Positions 9,926 through 18,729 of a stretch of DNA of 40,597 bases are shown piece by piece (position 1 is the stretch's first letter; each line of letters starts with the position of its first letter). The stretch is taken from positions 1 through 40,597 of the IMG/VR virus record IMGVR_UViG_3300043432_000041, one strand, 5' to 3'. The notes beneath the pieces are model-generated. The model did no database searches and was not told the DNA's origin. It saw nothing but the letters and a program-made list of their open reading frames with translations. A program made the translations under genes and the position numbers. Origin of the DNA: a virus. Lineage: Duplodnaviria; Caudoviricetes.

Positions 9926-10540
9926 TCATATCCAATCTATCGATCCGACAACTACACCCGCCGTTACAGTTGTAGCATCGTTATCTGCAATCAATCCTGT
10001 TATTGAATATGCAATTCCAGATGAAAATGATAATCCATAAGGAAATGTTTTTGAATAACCGACATTGGCTGGAATTGGGATTGTCCAAATAGGAGTGCTT
10101 GCCGTTGTTGGTACACCTACGTTATTATATAGTTTGAAAAACGCTCCAGTAGCAGACGTATTAAAAATATCTATCCTATAAATATTACCTGCTGCACTTG
10201 CTTTGATATTTGTAAAACCTCCTGCTGTGGTATTCGTAACTCGACTTGTAGTTGCTCCATTTGCTGATGCCGTTAATCCGACTTGCGATGTATCAATAAT
10301 TACACGCTGAGTAGCACTGCCTCCCGTACCAGATCCTTTATCCCAAAAGGCCGTAGTTAACGTTGTCCCTGTTACTGCCATAGCAACAGGAATAAATAAC
10401 GATGTTGCGGTTACCGCTGCAGCCGTTGCAATAACGACAGGACCGGCATCGCGATTATATATTCCGTCGAGTGTCGCTGCTGTTCCGGTTCCGGTAGTGC
10501 CTACGCCAGCGGTAATACCAACTTCCGTTACTTTTGCCAT
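9926..10540 (-). CDS. Thr-rich putative virion protein
   Basis: 204-aa ORF with a beta-sandwich-like C-terminus (FFKLYN...GLSFSSGIAY). Confidence 0.55.
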   Translation of the reverse strand: MAKVTEVGITAGVGTTGTGTAATLDGIYNRDAGPVVIATAAAVTATSLFIPVAMAVTGTTLTTAFWDKGSGTGGSATQRVIIDTSQVGLTASANGATTSRVTNTTAGGFTNIKASAAGNIYRIDIFNTSATGAFFKLYNNVGVPTTASTPIWTIPIPANVGYSKTFPYGLSFSSGIAYSITGLIADNDATTVTAGVVVGSIDWI

Positions 10541-10541
10541 G

Positions 10542-10673
10542 TTAGAATCCTAGCCAGAAAAATGTTGAATTACCGCCAACTGGCGGAGGTGTCGGCAGAC
10601 TACCAGCCGAAGCATTCTTTTGATCCGGAAGCCATTGTGCCATGGCCAACATGGCAATGATAAACTTAATCAT
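10542..10673 (-). CDS. Small hypothetical protein (43 aa)
   Basis: Hand translation MIKFIIAMLAMAQWLPDQKNASAGSLPTPPPVGGNSTFFWLGF; fills the gap, ATGA overlap upstream. Confidence 0.4.
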   Translation of the reverse strand: MIKFIIAMLAMAQWLPDQKNASAGSLPTPPPVGGNSTFFWLGF

Positions 10674-10981
10674 ACGCCATCCCCCAATGTGAAATAGACT
10701 TGCGCCGTAGTAGATGCGACTACCGCGACATAAGTCTGCGTGTCTGGATTTCGCGTAATACCAAGCCGTTCGCCTGGTCCTACGATCATCCCATTATCTG
10801 CTGTCGTTGTTACCGCCGCCGTTCCGAACGCTATCCAGACATTGGCAGTCGCAGAAGCATTCTTGATGCTGACCGCCATTCCGGCACCTGTTGACAACGC
10901 TACTGCTGTTGAAGTTGCCGATGCCACCACATTGACGGTCCCGGTAGGCTTCGGGGTAAAAAGTTGAACATTACCCGCCAT
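10670..10981 (-). CDS. Small beta-rich putative virion protein
   Basis: 103-aa ORF ending VYFTLGDGV, immediately after the portal C-terminal ORF. Confidence 0.55.
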   Translation of the reverse strand: MAGNVQLFTPKPTGTVNVVASATSTAVALSTGAGMAVSIKNASATANVWIAFGTAAVTTTADNGMIVGPGERLGITRNPDTQTYVAVVASTTAQVYFTLGDGV

Positions 10982-11813
10982 GTTGCGGCTCCTTGGCTTG
11001 TTTCATTTTACTAGCGTGCTGCGCTTCGAGCAATTCCAGTTCTCGGTTATGCTTGTGGCCTTCCATGACATGCTCACGCATTTGAGATTGCGCCTCTAAG
11101 GCATGTTCCTGGCCGGTTGCGATCATTTGGCCATGCACCTTGGCCATTTCGGCTTCTGCCCGCATTTCAGCAATCTGGATTTCCATGCGCTTCATGGCGA
11201 CATCCATTTGCTTGATTTGCGCTTCCATCTGCTTGTTCTGGGCCTCTGACGCAGCTTCAATCTGTTGGGAATTGATTTCCCCTTGGGCCTTGATCATCAC
11301 TGCTTGTGCTTTAATCGCCTCTGGATCTTGTTTTTGCTGTGGATTAGCGGCTGCGGCTTTGGCATCCATTTCCGCCTTTTCGCAGAAATCCTCAATAGCG
11401 GATTCAAGATCGCGGCCAACCCTGAAACCACGCACAGCAAACTGTAGCATTTTAGCTGCCAAGGGCGCGAATTCCGGTGCCATCGCAACAGTCTGCGCCG
11501 ATATCTCAATGAATTTCGTAACACCTTCAACGAATTGTATTCTTTGCTCTTTTTCCTGCTGTGCATCACCTTGGATGGTCGAATCAGTCTCGATATCGAT
11601 CCGGAAACCACGCAATTTATCCTGTCTTAGCAATGCAATAGCATCGGCAATCAGCGCCATTTTGCGCTGCATTTTCTGATCTGCCGGTTCCGGTGGTTGT
11701 AAAACACTGGGCGGTGGCGGATGGCTTTGCTGTCCTCCTACTCCTTGATTGAATGGAGTTGACGTTGGCTGTAAACCGCCCTGCGGAGGCATTCCTGGTA
11801 CGGGCAAAGGCAT
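10971..11813 (-). CDS. Portal protein, C-terminal part (split gene)
   Basis: LLRQDKLRGFRIDIETDSTI and FRVGRDLESAIE motifs plus Q/A-rich coiled coil, which I recognise as the distal third of portals of this type. Confidence 0.7.
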   Translation of the reverse strand: MPLPVPGMPPQGGLQPTSTPFNQGVGGQQSHPPPPSVLQPPEPADQKMQRKMALIADAIALLRQDKLRGFRIDIETDSTIQGDAQQEKEQRIQFVEGVTKFIEISAQTVAMAPEFAPLAAKMLQFAVRGFRVGRDLESAIEDFCEKAEMDAKAAAANPQQKQDPEAIKAQAVMIKAQGEINSQQIEAASEAQNKQMEAQIKQMDVAMKRMEIQIAEMRAEAEMAKVHGQMIATGQEHALEAQSQMREHVMEGHKHNRELELLEAQHASKMKQAKEPQHGG

Positions 11814-12187
11814 TAAAAGGCACCCAACAGAAGCTGTATCGCTTCTTCCTCGTCGTCTACCTTATGAGACATGATGGCCTTCACCAAGTCGGTGTAATCT
11901 GGCTTGGGTTTAGGTAATTCAATCTTGCTGGCCGGATGCGCAATAACTTCAGGTAATTCTGGAGGCGGCCCATACACCGCGTATTCAAGATCCTTCCTTA
12001 GTTTCTGCTTTTTACGGCTTTCGTCCTCGAAATTCCGTTCCGGCTCCCGCCTCTTTTTCTTGCGCGGAATTGCGATATCGATTGGACTGGTAACATCGAC
12101 TTGGAACGCATCGTAAGTCTGCGGAAGATACAGATTACTCCTGAACTGGAATGCATTAGCCTGGAATGTTCCAAAGACTGACTGCAT
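11813..12187 (-). CDS. Hypothetical protein within the portal insertion
   Basis: 124-aa ORF with FQANAFQ start and DDEEEAIQLLL end; single-base stop/start overlaps on both sides. Confidence 0.6.
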   Translation of the reverse strand: MQSVFGTFQANAFQFRSNLYLPQTYDAFQVDVTSPIDIAIPRKKKRREPERNFEDESRKKQKLRKDLEYAVYGPPPELPEVIAHPASKIELPKPKPDYTDLVKAIMSHKVDDEEEAIQLLLGAF

Positions 12188-12426
12188 CAGGATATCCTTA
12201 GAAACAACCCTATGGATTGTTGGTCATCCCAATAACCGCCCGGTAAATCAGGCCCTATGTTTTTCCAAAGACCGGGAACTCCCTGTGTGAAAAATCCCCA
12301 TGTCGGAGCACTGGCATCGATCAAATAAGCCGGGCGGAACGTGCTCGTGGTATCGTTGGTTTTAATGGGTCCTCGATCCCCGGCCCCCATGCAAACTATT
12401 CCTATGTCATAAGCATTTTTTGGCAT
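12187..12426 (-). CDS. Hypothetical protein, paralog of the C-terminal domain of 12426-12890
   Basis: Ends WKNIGP...GYW...IGLFLRIS, like the upstream gene. Confidence 0.6.
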   Translation of the reverse strand: MPKNAYDIGIVCMGAGDRGPIKTNDTTSTFRPAYLIDASAPTWGFFTQGVPGLWKNIGPDLPGGYWDDQQSIGLFLRIS

Positions 12427-12890
12427 TATGAAATCCTCAAGAATAACCCGATATTAGGACTTGCTTCCCAATATCCATTTGTCAAAGTCGGCCCCATATT
12501 TCTCCAGGTTCCGGTAGCGACAATCGAACTGAGATTCCAGACGCCAGTCGCTATATCATCCACATGGGCCGGGAGAAATGCAGTTGTTGTTCCACCACTT
12601 ACTAGGGGCGATGCCGTTGTATTGTTGTCATAACCTCCCATGGCATAAGCGCCTATTGCATAGGTATTAACTATGCCGACGCCGCCCGCTGCCGAAATTG
12701 TATTTCCCGTGATCGTTATATTCGTGCCTGCGGCTATTTCAGTCCCGTTGCCGCTGTTGTCCGTTCCAATCAGAACATTCGCAGTGCCCGTTATGGCATG
12801 GGTATCGTTCCAATTAGACGGCTTGACCAATCCAGCATCCGGACCGTCCGGAATAGTCGAAGTAAACTTGTGTTTAACAGCTAGCGTCAT
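12426..12890 (-). CDS. Putative head-fibre-like protein
   Basis: VKHKFTSTIPDGPDAGLVKPSNWNDTH N-terminus, AGTNITITGNTISA linker, GTWRNMG...LFLRIS fibre-tip-like C-terminus. Confidence 0.5.
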   Translation of the reverse strand: MTLAVKHKFTSTIPDGPDAGLVKPSNWNDTHAITGTANVLIGTDNSGNGTEIAAGTNITITGNTISAAGGVGIVNTYAIGAYAMGGYDNNTTASPLVSGGTTTAFLPAHVDDIATGVWNLSSIVATGTWRNMGPTLTNGYWEASPNIGLFLRIS

Positions 12891-14482
12891 CTAACCGTCT
12901 CGACCCCTACGATACGTTGCGTCAACGGATCGCGTACTACCCGCTTGGGAGCGTGAATGGCCTCGATCAGCTTGCTTAGAACATCAGGCCCGACATCGCT
13001 GATTTGTTGTTGCTGCTGCTGTTGGGGCAATGTGTCAGGAGGATCGAAGCCTTCATCGAATAAGGCACCGGAAACCTGAATGAGCGTCTTCGGATTGAAG
13101 TGCTCCGAGATAATCTCACCCATGATTTCGATGATATTCCTGCAGAATACCGCTACATCGTCCTGCCGCTGCTGAAGCCGTCCGGTGCCGTTGTTCTGTT
13201 TTAAACGCTGGCCACCTAATGTTTCCCTGGCATCCGACGTCCCGCGCATGATGTCCCAGATGCCGTTAACACGATCCAAGTCCTCGATGATCTTGGCTCG
13301 CACTTCGATAATGGCCTGTAGCGTGTCGGCTATTTCCTTGAGCGGCACGAAATCAAGAGCGCCCTTCAACCCGCCCTTTTCCGCGAACATCGCCCAGCTA
13401 TCGACAGGAATTAAATCCGGTTCCTTGCCTTCCTCGAATATCCGCTTGATTCCCTGCGCCGAGGCGTCATAGACGCCAACAACCTTGAGGGCGCTGGTCA
13501 GGATATCGATGCGCTTGGAGAGGTTATCTATCTGGGCATATTGGTCCTGACTTTCGACGTAATCAGGCACCGGGATCATCGTATCGTTAGTAGTGGTTGC
13601 CTGTAAGCAAGCCGGACATGGAAAGAAGCCTTCAAGATTGAGCGGGTCGTCAACCTCCTCCAGCAAATCCTCGTATTGTTTGGCTATGAAATACACCCGC
13701 TTGGTCGGCTTCCACCAGATTTCATAAACGGTGGCCTGCATCCCATCGGTGCCGGATACCAGGGATTTTGATCCTTCATCCGGTGTACTCGTAGGAACAT
13801 AATCCAATGGGACTTTCTTGCCCACTTTCTTTCCGAACCGCTCTATCAGGTCCTCGCGGCTCATATAGAGCCGTCTGCCCTTGCCCTGGATTTCTTCTTC
13901 TGTCCTGACCTTTGCCGGGAATTGATAGTAGTCCTGCCAATGGACGTATGAGACATCCAAGCTATCGCGTAACACCTCGCGTTCTAGCTTGTCCTCGCGT
14001 TCTTCCCGGTCGCTTTCTAATGCCTCCTCTGATCCCGCTACCCTCATTTCATCGTTTGCTGTGGATAATGGGGAAATAGCGTCACCGAATTCAGGATTAT
14101 ATCTGACCCAGACCTGGCCGCGTCCAACTATGAGATAATCGTTTACCGATCTGGCCATGGCTTGGTGATAGCCAGACATGGCGACTTCATAGCGCAAGGC
14201 CCGCTCTAGGATAGTCGAGGCAATCCGTCCGGTCGTATCCTTATCAAGAAACCGCCGCTCGCAAATCGGGACAGGCGTTTTTGAATAAATGGCAGGTCGC
14301 AAGGTTTGGACGTTCGACCAGAATAGGTTTAAATTCTTACGCTCGTCGTCTATGGTCTTGCGTTCGTCCCGATAGCGAGCGGATATCTTCTTGCAGCGCT
14401 CGTAATAACGCTGATATTCCTTCTCGCATTGTTCGATCTGGGTTTTCCAGTGAGCCGTTAATTCCAGGCTCTTTTTGGTCAT
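12887..14482 (-). CDS. Portal protein, N-terminal/main part
   Basis: NLFWSNVQTLRPAIYS, GRGQVWVRY, DPLNLEGFFPCP and DIMRGTSDARETLGGQRLK motifs; downstream of TerL. Confidence 0.85.
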   Translation of the reverse strand: MTKKSLELTAHWKTQIEQCEKEYQRYYERCKKISARYRDERKTIDDERKNLNLFWSNVQTLRPAIYSKTPVPICERRFLDKDTTGRIASTILERALRYEVAMSGYHQAMARSVNDYLIVGRGQVWVRYNPEFGDAISPLSTANDEMRVAGSEEALESDREEREDKLEREVLRDSLDVSYVHWQDYYQFPAKVRTEEEIQGKGRRLYMSREDLIERFGKKVGKKVPLDYVPTSTPDEGSKSLVSGTDGMQATVYEIWWKPTKRVYFIAKQYEDLLEEVDDPLNLEGFFPCPACLQATTTNDTMIPVPDYVESQDQYAQIDNLSKRIDILTSALKVVGVYDASAQGIKRIFEEGKEPDLIPVDSWAMFAEKGGLKGALDFVPLKEIADTLQAIIEVRAKIIEDLDRVNGIWDIMRGTSDARETLGGQRLKQNNGTGRLQQRQDDVAVFCRNIIEIMGEIISEHFNPKTLIQVSGALFDEGFDPPDTLPQQQQQQQISDVGPDVLSKLIEAIHAPKRVVRDPLTQRIVGVETVR

Positions 14483-14703
14483 TAGCCCTTGGCTTCCACT
14501 TTGGCGGCCAGATTATCCGTCGCCGCCTTCACCGTATCTCCCAAGCCTGAAACCGCGCTGTTGAGCTTGGCTATGTCAGCAGCTGGGATCGTGACGGCCC
14601 TCGAAGCCGCACTTGCAGCTTCATGAACATGACCTCGAGCTAGCCAGCCACAGGCTACGCCGACCAACAGACCGACGATGAAAGCTATCAATGCCAATTC
14701 CAT
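14482..14703 (-). CDS. Small membrane protein
   Basis: MELALIAFIVGLLVGVACGWL hydrophobic N-terminus; AAGGG RBS before ATG 14703. Confidence 0.55.
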   Translation of the reverse strand: MELALIAFIVGLLVGVACGWLARGHVHEAASAASRAVTIPAADIAKLNSAVSGLGDTVKAATDNLAAKVEAKG

Positions 14704-14716
14704 GAATATCCCTTTC

Positions 14717-14920
14717 CTATTTCCAGCGTGATGCTTCTTCGGACACATCACAAATCAATTCAGCGATAGCTAACTTTTCTTGCGGCCTGCCCCAAACCGT
14801 TCCAATCTTTCGACCGTTAGCATCAAGTAAATATACAAAACCTTTTCCGTCATGAGTGCCTATTGGTGCGTTTGTCGAATAGCTCCAAGGCAACGGTGGC
14901 AGATCAGTTTTTGTAATCAT
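14717..14920 (-). CDS. Hypothetical protein (67 aa)
   Basis: ATG 14920 follows the TerL stop; the track's upstream extension overlaps TerL. Confidence 0.55.
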   Translation of the reverse strand: MITKTDLPPLPWSYSTNAPIGTHDGKGFVYLLDANGRKIGTVWGRPQEKLAIAELICDVSEEASRWK

Positions 14921-14931
14921 AATTTTCGTTC

Positions 14932-16443
14932 CTAAATTCTTTCCGCCCCCTTGCGCGGCTGCGCGTCCCATAAATCCTGCAATGTCACCTGATTGTGCGG
15001 TCCTACCCCAATGAGCGGGATTGGCTTCTTCAATCTCAGATCCTTGACGTAAGGCCTTGACATACAAGCATATCTTACGCAATCCGCTGCGTGGTCTTCT
15101 GATTCCGTATCCACATCTTCAGGTCTAGCAGGATCATGCTGCAATGCGGGAAGCGTTCTTATGGTATCCCGGCAGGTATTAAAGAAATAAATCATTGGCC
15201 GGTCTTCTTCCCCGATGAGCCTCGATCTGAGCTGGTCCCATCCACCCATGGCGCCACGACGGGATACGCGGGCATTGTCGGCCCGCCGAAAAAATACTCG
15301 CCAGGGGGGTCGAGCCATACGTTCAGCAATGCTCGGGCCACCGTCCTGTGCAAAGGCCGCAGGGTCGAGGACGCCGTAGGAAATGGGCGTTTTTCCTTCG
15401 ATGTCCTTCGGCTCTTTTGTTTCACGTGCAACAATTCCCTCAGCCACCTGTTCTGCCGTGAGTTTTAGACCCACATCGGGCTGTCCTGTTGAGCCATACC
15501 ATTCTCGATATCGGATAATCGCGCCACGCGGTATCTGCCGCCGTTCCGGTAGATAAAAATTATCTCCGACGACGGCCCACCATCCGACACTGAAAGGCTT
15601 TGCGCTTCCCCAGTCAGCCGATCGGAACCTGAGCCAAGATGCAGGAATTTCAAAAGGCGCGATAACATGGCGGGCTTCCGAGAATTCAGGGAAAAACGCT
15701 CCCTCTATGACTGACCAATCGCCTTCAAGCCATGCGCGAACAAGTTGCGAATTTCCGACCATTTGGAGGTTCGCAACGTATTCTTTACCTAAAAATCGAT
15801 TGTCCTGCAACTTTGATGGGATAAAAACGCGTTCGTGCGTCAGAATTTCACCGGAAAATGGATTTTTGTAATCGGTTTTTATCCGTTTCCAACCTTGAGG
15901 AGCAGGGTCAATATAACGAGCACGAACCCACTGATGGCCAGGACCGCCAGGATTGCCGGTAGCTCTAAATCCGACCGGGACGCCATGAGCGCTTCGTAGC
16001 GTTGCCATGAGCCGGAAGATTGGGGTTGGGGATGGAAAGTTGCCAATTTCCTCGACATAGAGGCGCGTATAAGAATGCCCTTGGTAATTTTCCGCATCTG
16101 AATCCCGCTCCAGAAAAGCAAACCGCAATCGACTGCCATTAGGAAAACGCCAGAACTTGTCCTGCTCATGGAACTTGGCTCCCAATGGTGTGTAGATTTG
16201 CTTGGATCGCTCTATTGTCTCGATTAGTTCCGTCCTGCTGCGGCGCACCATAAGGCCGATGGCATGTTCGCCGTATGGATCCTGATGGCTTACCCACTCA
16301 CCGAGCATTCCGTCAGTTTTGCCGCCACCTCGAGCACCGCCAAAGAATACCTCGAAGATTGGACAGGCTAGTAATGCCGTCTGAGGACCAGCCTGAGGAC
16401 CCCATATGACTTCATATTGATTTCGTTGATGCTTTTTTATCAC
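14932..16443 (-). CDS. terL: Terminase large subunit
   Basis: Walker A GGARGGGKT, Walker B LYVEE, ATGNPGG, nuclease motifs DWGSAKP and EDHAADCVRY. Confidence 0.95.
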   Translation of the reverse strand: MIKKHQRNQYEVIWGPQAGPQTALLACPIFEVFFGGARGGGKTDGMLGEWVSHQDPYGEHAIGLMVRRSRTELIETIERSKQIYTPLGAKFHEQDKFWRFPNGSRLRFAFLERDSDAENYQGHSYTRLYVEEIGNFPSPTPIFRLMATLRSAHGVPVGFRATGNPGGPGHQWVRARYIDPAPQGWKRIKTDYKNPFSGEILTHERVFIPSKLQDNRFLGKEYVANLQMVGNSQLVRAWLEGDWSVIEGAFFPEFSEARHVIAPFEIPASWLRFRSADWGSAKPFSVGWWAVVGDNFYLPERRQIPRGAIIRYREWYGSTGQPDVGLKLTAEQVAEGIVARETKEPKDIEGKTPISYGVLDPAAFAQDGGPSIAERMARPPWRVFFRRADNARVSRRGAMGGWDQLRSRLIGEEDRPMIYFFNTCRDTIRTLPALQHDPARPEDVDTESEDHAADCVRYACMSRPYVKDLRLKKPIPLIGVGPHNQVTLQDLWDAQPRKGAERI

Positions 16444-16860
16444 TGTATGCCATGCAATGCATATCAGGGTTTATAACGCCGGTTACTCTGGCACAAGCAT
16501 GATAGCTGTAGTGTCGGCATAGCTTGCAGCAGGCATCGGTTGTACCGTGCTCGTAATCCATTCTTAATTTGGATTGCTTTATAAATGTAGTTCATAGCTC
16601 GGTCTTGAGCGACAATACTGTCGGCCCGTGCCCGCACTGTGGGCAATTCCATACGTGGAGCAAGGCCGAGGCTTGGCTTCAAGAGGGCCAGAAAGCCTAG
16701 CCGGGTCTAATCTGTAAGTCGCACCGTAATATTCATTGCTATCGGCATAGAGCCGACAAGCAAATGGATAAGGCGCAGCCGTATCCAGCGCATGGGCATC
16801 TCCTGGTTGTAGATGATATCTATGCGTTGATGCGCAACGCGCAGCAACGCACTGAGCTAC

Positions 16861-17073
16861 TCACTTGCTGCCGCTCTTGGCTTTACCAAAAGCAGCATTT
16901 GGGTCTTTTTGCCCGATCAACTTCGCCAACTCATCCGGCGCCTTCGGATCATCTGGCTTGATGGCAGCAACCTTACGGAGCGCAGCATCAAATTTGTCCT
17001 CGCGCTCGTCGGCTCCTAGTTCGCGAGCCTTATCGCGGAATTTTTGGATTTGAGAGTTTTTGCCTAATGTCAT
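16861..17073 (-). CDS. Small IS1595-associated passenger protein
   Basis: SQIQKFRDKARELGADEREDKFDAALRKVA, a type of ORF I associate with IS1595 transposases. Confidence 0.55.
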   Translation of the reverse strand: MTLGKNSQIQKFRDKARELGADEREDKFDAALRKVAAIKPDDPKAPDELAKLIGQKDPNAAFGKAKSGSK

Positions 17074-17173
17074 CGAATACCCCAGACCATTTTCCGAAAC
17101 GCGGCCCACGGCGCTAGGATTTTACAATCCGCTGTCGGGTAAAGACCCAACGTTTCGCACCGTGGGCAAACGA

Positions 17174-17202
17174 AATATAGCCGAATCATCTTGGAATCTC
17201 AA
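17174..17202 (-). promoter_or_regulatory. Sigma70-type promoter inside the IS, pointing toward the passenger gene and terL
   Basis: (C)TTGAGA-17 bp-TATATT on the minus strand. Confidence 0.5.
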
Positions 17203-17234
17203 GCGGTTACTAACGCCTTGATTTTGAATCCTTT

Positions 17235-18200
17235 TTACCGGGCACGCGCCGAATGAGATGTTTGATACGTAAGACGTTTGCCAACGATACCTTGCATCGC
17301 GATGTTTGCGCGAGCGGTATCGTTGATACCAAGCGCGATGCGATTGCTGTATCGAAAATCAAACTCGGCAAGATAGCGCTGCAGGTGTTTTTCCTTACAA
17401 TGCTGGTACACACCCTTCATTCCACGCTTGAAAATCGAATAATAGTTCTCGACAGTGTTGGAATGGATGTATTCGTCTCGAACGTATTCTTTCTTCGAAT
17501 GTGTGACCGCATTATGGGTTGCAAACTGCCGACCGATGGCTTTGTACCAAGAAGCCTCATCAGTCATCAGATCGCTTTCGCGGTGAATGTTCTTGGCAAT
17601 GATCGGCCAAATTAAATCTTGGCCGGTAGTATCCACCTTGAACGAACGTGCGGAACCACCACGCTCGACAAGCGTAAGCACGATATTGCGGCCCCAACTA
17701 TGACGTTTAGCGCGTCCCTTAGGAGCCAACGCGGTTTTGCCAATAATGGTTTCATCGACTTCGACAATCGAGGTCGGGCCGCCCATAGGAGCCAGTTTGC
17801 CGGTCCTCATAGCCTCACGGATGCGATGGCAAAGAAACCAGGCACTCTTGTAAGTGATCTCTAGCGTCCGATGCATCTGATGGGCGCTAATGCCCTTCTT
17901 GCTAGCAGTCATTAGATAAACGGCTTGCAACATCTTGTGCAGCGGGATGTGTGCAGACTCGAAAACCGTACCCACTCGCGCCGTAAACTGCTTCCGGCAT
18001 TCCTTGGCGTAACACTTCCATAGGCCGGGGCGGATGCGGCCCTTCTTGTCCTTCACGCCCTCAAGCTTGCCAGCCGCGCCTATCGAACCACAGTGCGGGC
18101 AAACCACGCCATCGGCCCAAAGAATGCCCTCTAAGTGCTGAAAGGCAGCCTTTTCGTTCTGGAAGTACTTCTTGCTCAACATCGACATAGGAAAATCCAT
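17235..18200 (-). CDS. IS1595-family DDE transposase
   Basis: Zn ribbon CPHC...C-x4-C-RKQFT, SKKGISAHQ, TYKSAWF, VEVDET, MTDE, HSNTVENYYSIFKRG, YLAEFDFRY. Confidence 0.95.
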   Translation of the reverse strand: MDFPMSMLSKKYFQNEKAAFQHLEGILWADGVVCPHCGSIGAAGKLEGVKDKKGRIRPGLWKCYAKECRKQFTARVGTVFESAHIPLHKMLQAVYLMTASKKGISAHQMHRTLEITYKSAWFLCHRIREAMRTGKLAPMGGPTSIVEVDETIIGKTALAPKGRAKRHSWGRNIVLTLVERGGSARSFKVDTTGQDLIWPIIAKNIHRESDLMTDEASWYKAIGRQFATHNAVTHSKKEYVRDEYIHSNTVENYYSIFKRGMKGVYQHCKEKHLQRYLAEFDFRYSNRIALGINDTARANIAMQGIVGKRLTYQTSHSARAR

Positions 18201-18218
18201 ATTTCGTCGGACTTTCCA

Positions 18219-18248
18219 GAATCATACCTCCGATTCGGGGTTTGTCAA
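18219..18248 (-). promoter_or_regulatory. Transposase promoter in the IS end
   Basis: TTGACA-16 bp-TATGAT on the minus strand upstream of ATG 18200. Confidence 0.5.
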
Positions 18249-18418
18249 GTATATAATCCCGATGTTCTAGCCCGTCTTGCTTCCGACATGGCAATGGCTA
18301 TTGCCTGTTGACGGCTATGGACTACCGGGCCATGCGGACTGCCGCTGTGAAGCTGGCCGCCCTTGAATTCGTGTAGGACTGTTCTGATCTTGCCTGCGCC
18401 GCGTTGTTTCTTCGCCAT
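18245..18418 (-). CDS. DUF6496-like small basic protein whose last codons come from the IS end
   Basis: Hand translation MAKKQRGAGKIRTVLHEFKGGQLHSGSPHGPVVHSRQQAIAIAMSEARRARTSGLYT; TAATG overlap with terS. Confidence 0.65.
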   Translation of the reverse strand: MAKKQRGAGKIRTVLHEFKGGQLHSGSPHGPVVHSRQQAIAIAMSEARRARTSGLYT

Positions 18419-18729
18419 TAGTGTTCCGTCCTATGTTCTTCGGGAACGTGCTGATTTGCCCATGTATCTGTGTCTGATTCAATAGATGGAGCGCGAATTA
18501 CCTTAGTTGTTGATATTTCACCAGAAACCTCCACTGAGGTCAGATCCGGTAAGGCTTTCCGCAACAGAATTTCACAAGCCTTCAATTGAGTGGCTGAAAG
18601 TTCTTTTTTACCCTTAATATGCGACTGAAGATAGGTAATGATATTACCCACCTTAATCTTGGCTCGTGTATTTTCGTCATGCCTGATTTTGTTAATTCTT
18701 GGAGGCATTAAACCATACTCTGTGGCCAT
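18418..18729 (-). CDS. Putative terminase small subunit
   Basis: HDENTRAKI...SATQLKACEILLRKALPDLTSVE motif; upstream of TerL. Confidence 0.65.
   Translation of the reverse strand: MATEYGLMPPRINKIRHDENTRAKIKVGNIITYLQSHIKGKKELSATQLKACEILLRKALPDLTSVEVSGEISTTKVIRAPSIESDTDTWANQHVPEEHRTEH

Larger units (their letters stand above)
16467..18261 (-). mobile_element. IS1595-family insertion sequence with passenger gene; left boundary uncertain
   Basis: Transposase 17235-18200; terminal-type sequence CGGGATTATATACTTGACAAA (minus, 18261-18241); only a weak counterpart GGGTTTATA at 16467; no TSD seen. Confidence 0.6.

Noticed and set aside
12187-12890. Diversity-generating retroelement VR/TR pair
   Set aside because: No reverse transcriptase is present, and the two copies differ widely rather than only at adenines.
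13005-13024. CAG/CAA poly-Gln tract in the portal gene as a phase-variable repeat
   Set aside because: It is a short mixed-codon triplet run, so slippage would not shift the frame. Q-rich linkers are common in these proteins.
243-16169. Numerous plus-strand and nested ORFs in the track (e.g. 1019-1456, 3793-4416, 11140-11679)
   Set aside because: They are antisense or out-of-frame shadows of well-supported minus-strand genes, with no recognisable motifs.
16464-16860. ORFs 16464-16682 and 16764-16961 or a structured RNA in the IS distal region
   Set aside because: No motif, convincing RBS or clear RNA fold could be supported by eye, so the region is left unannotated.
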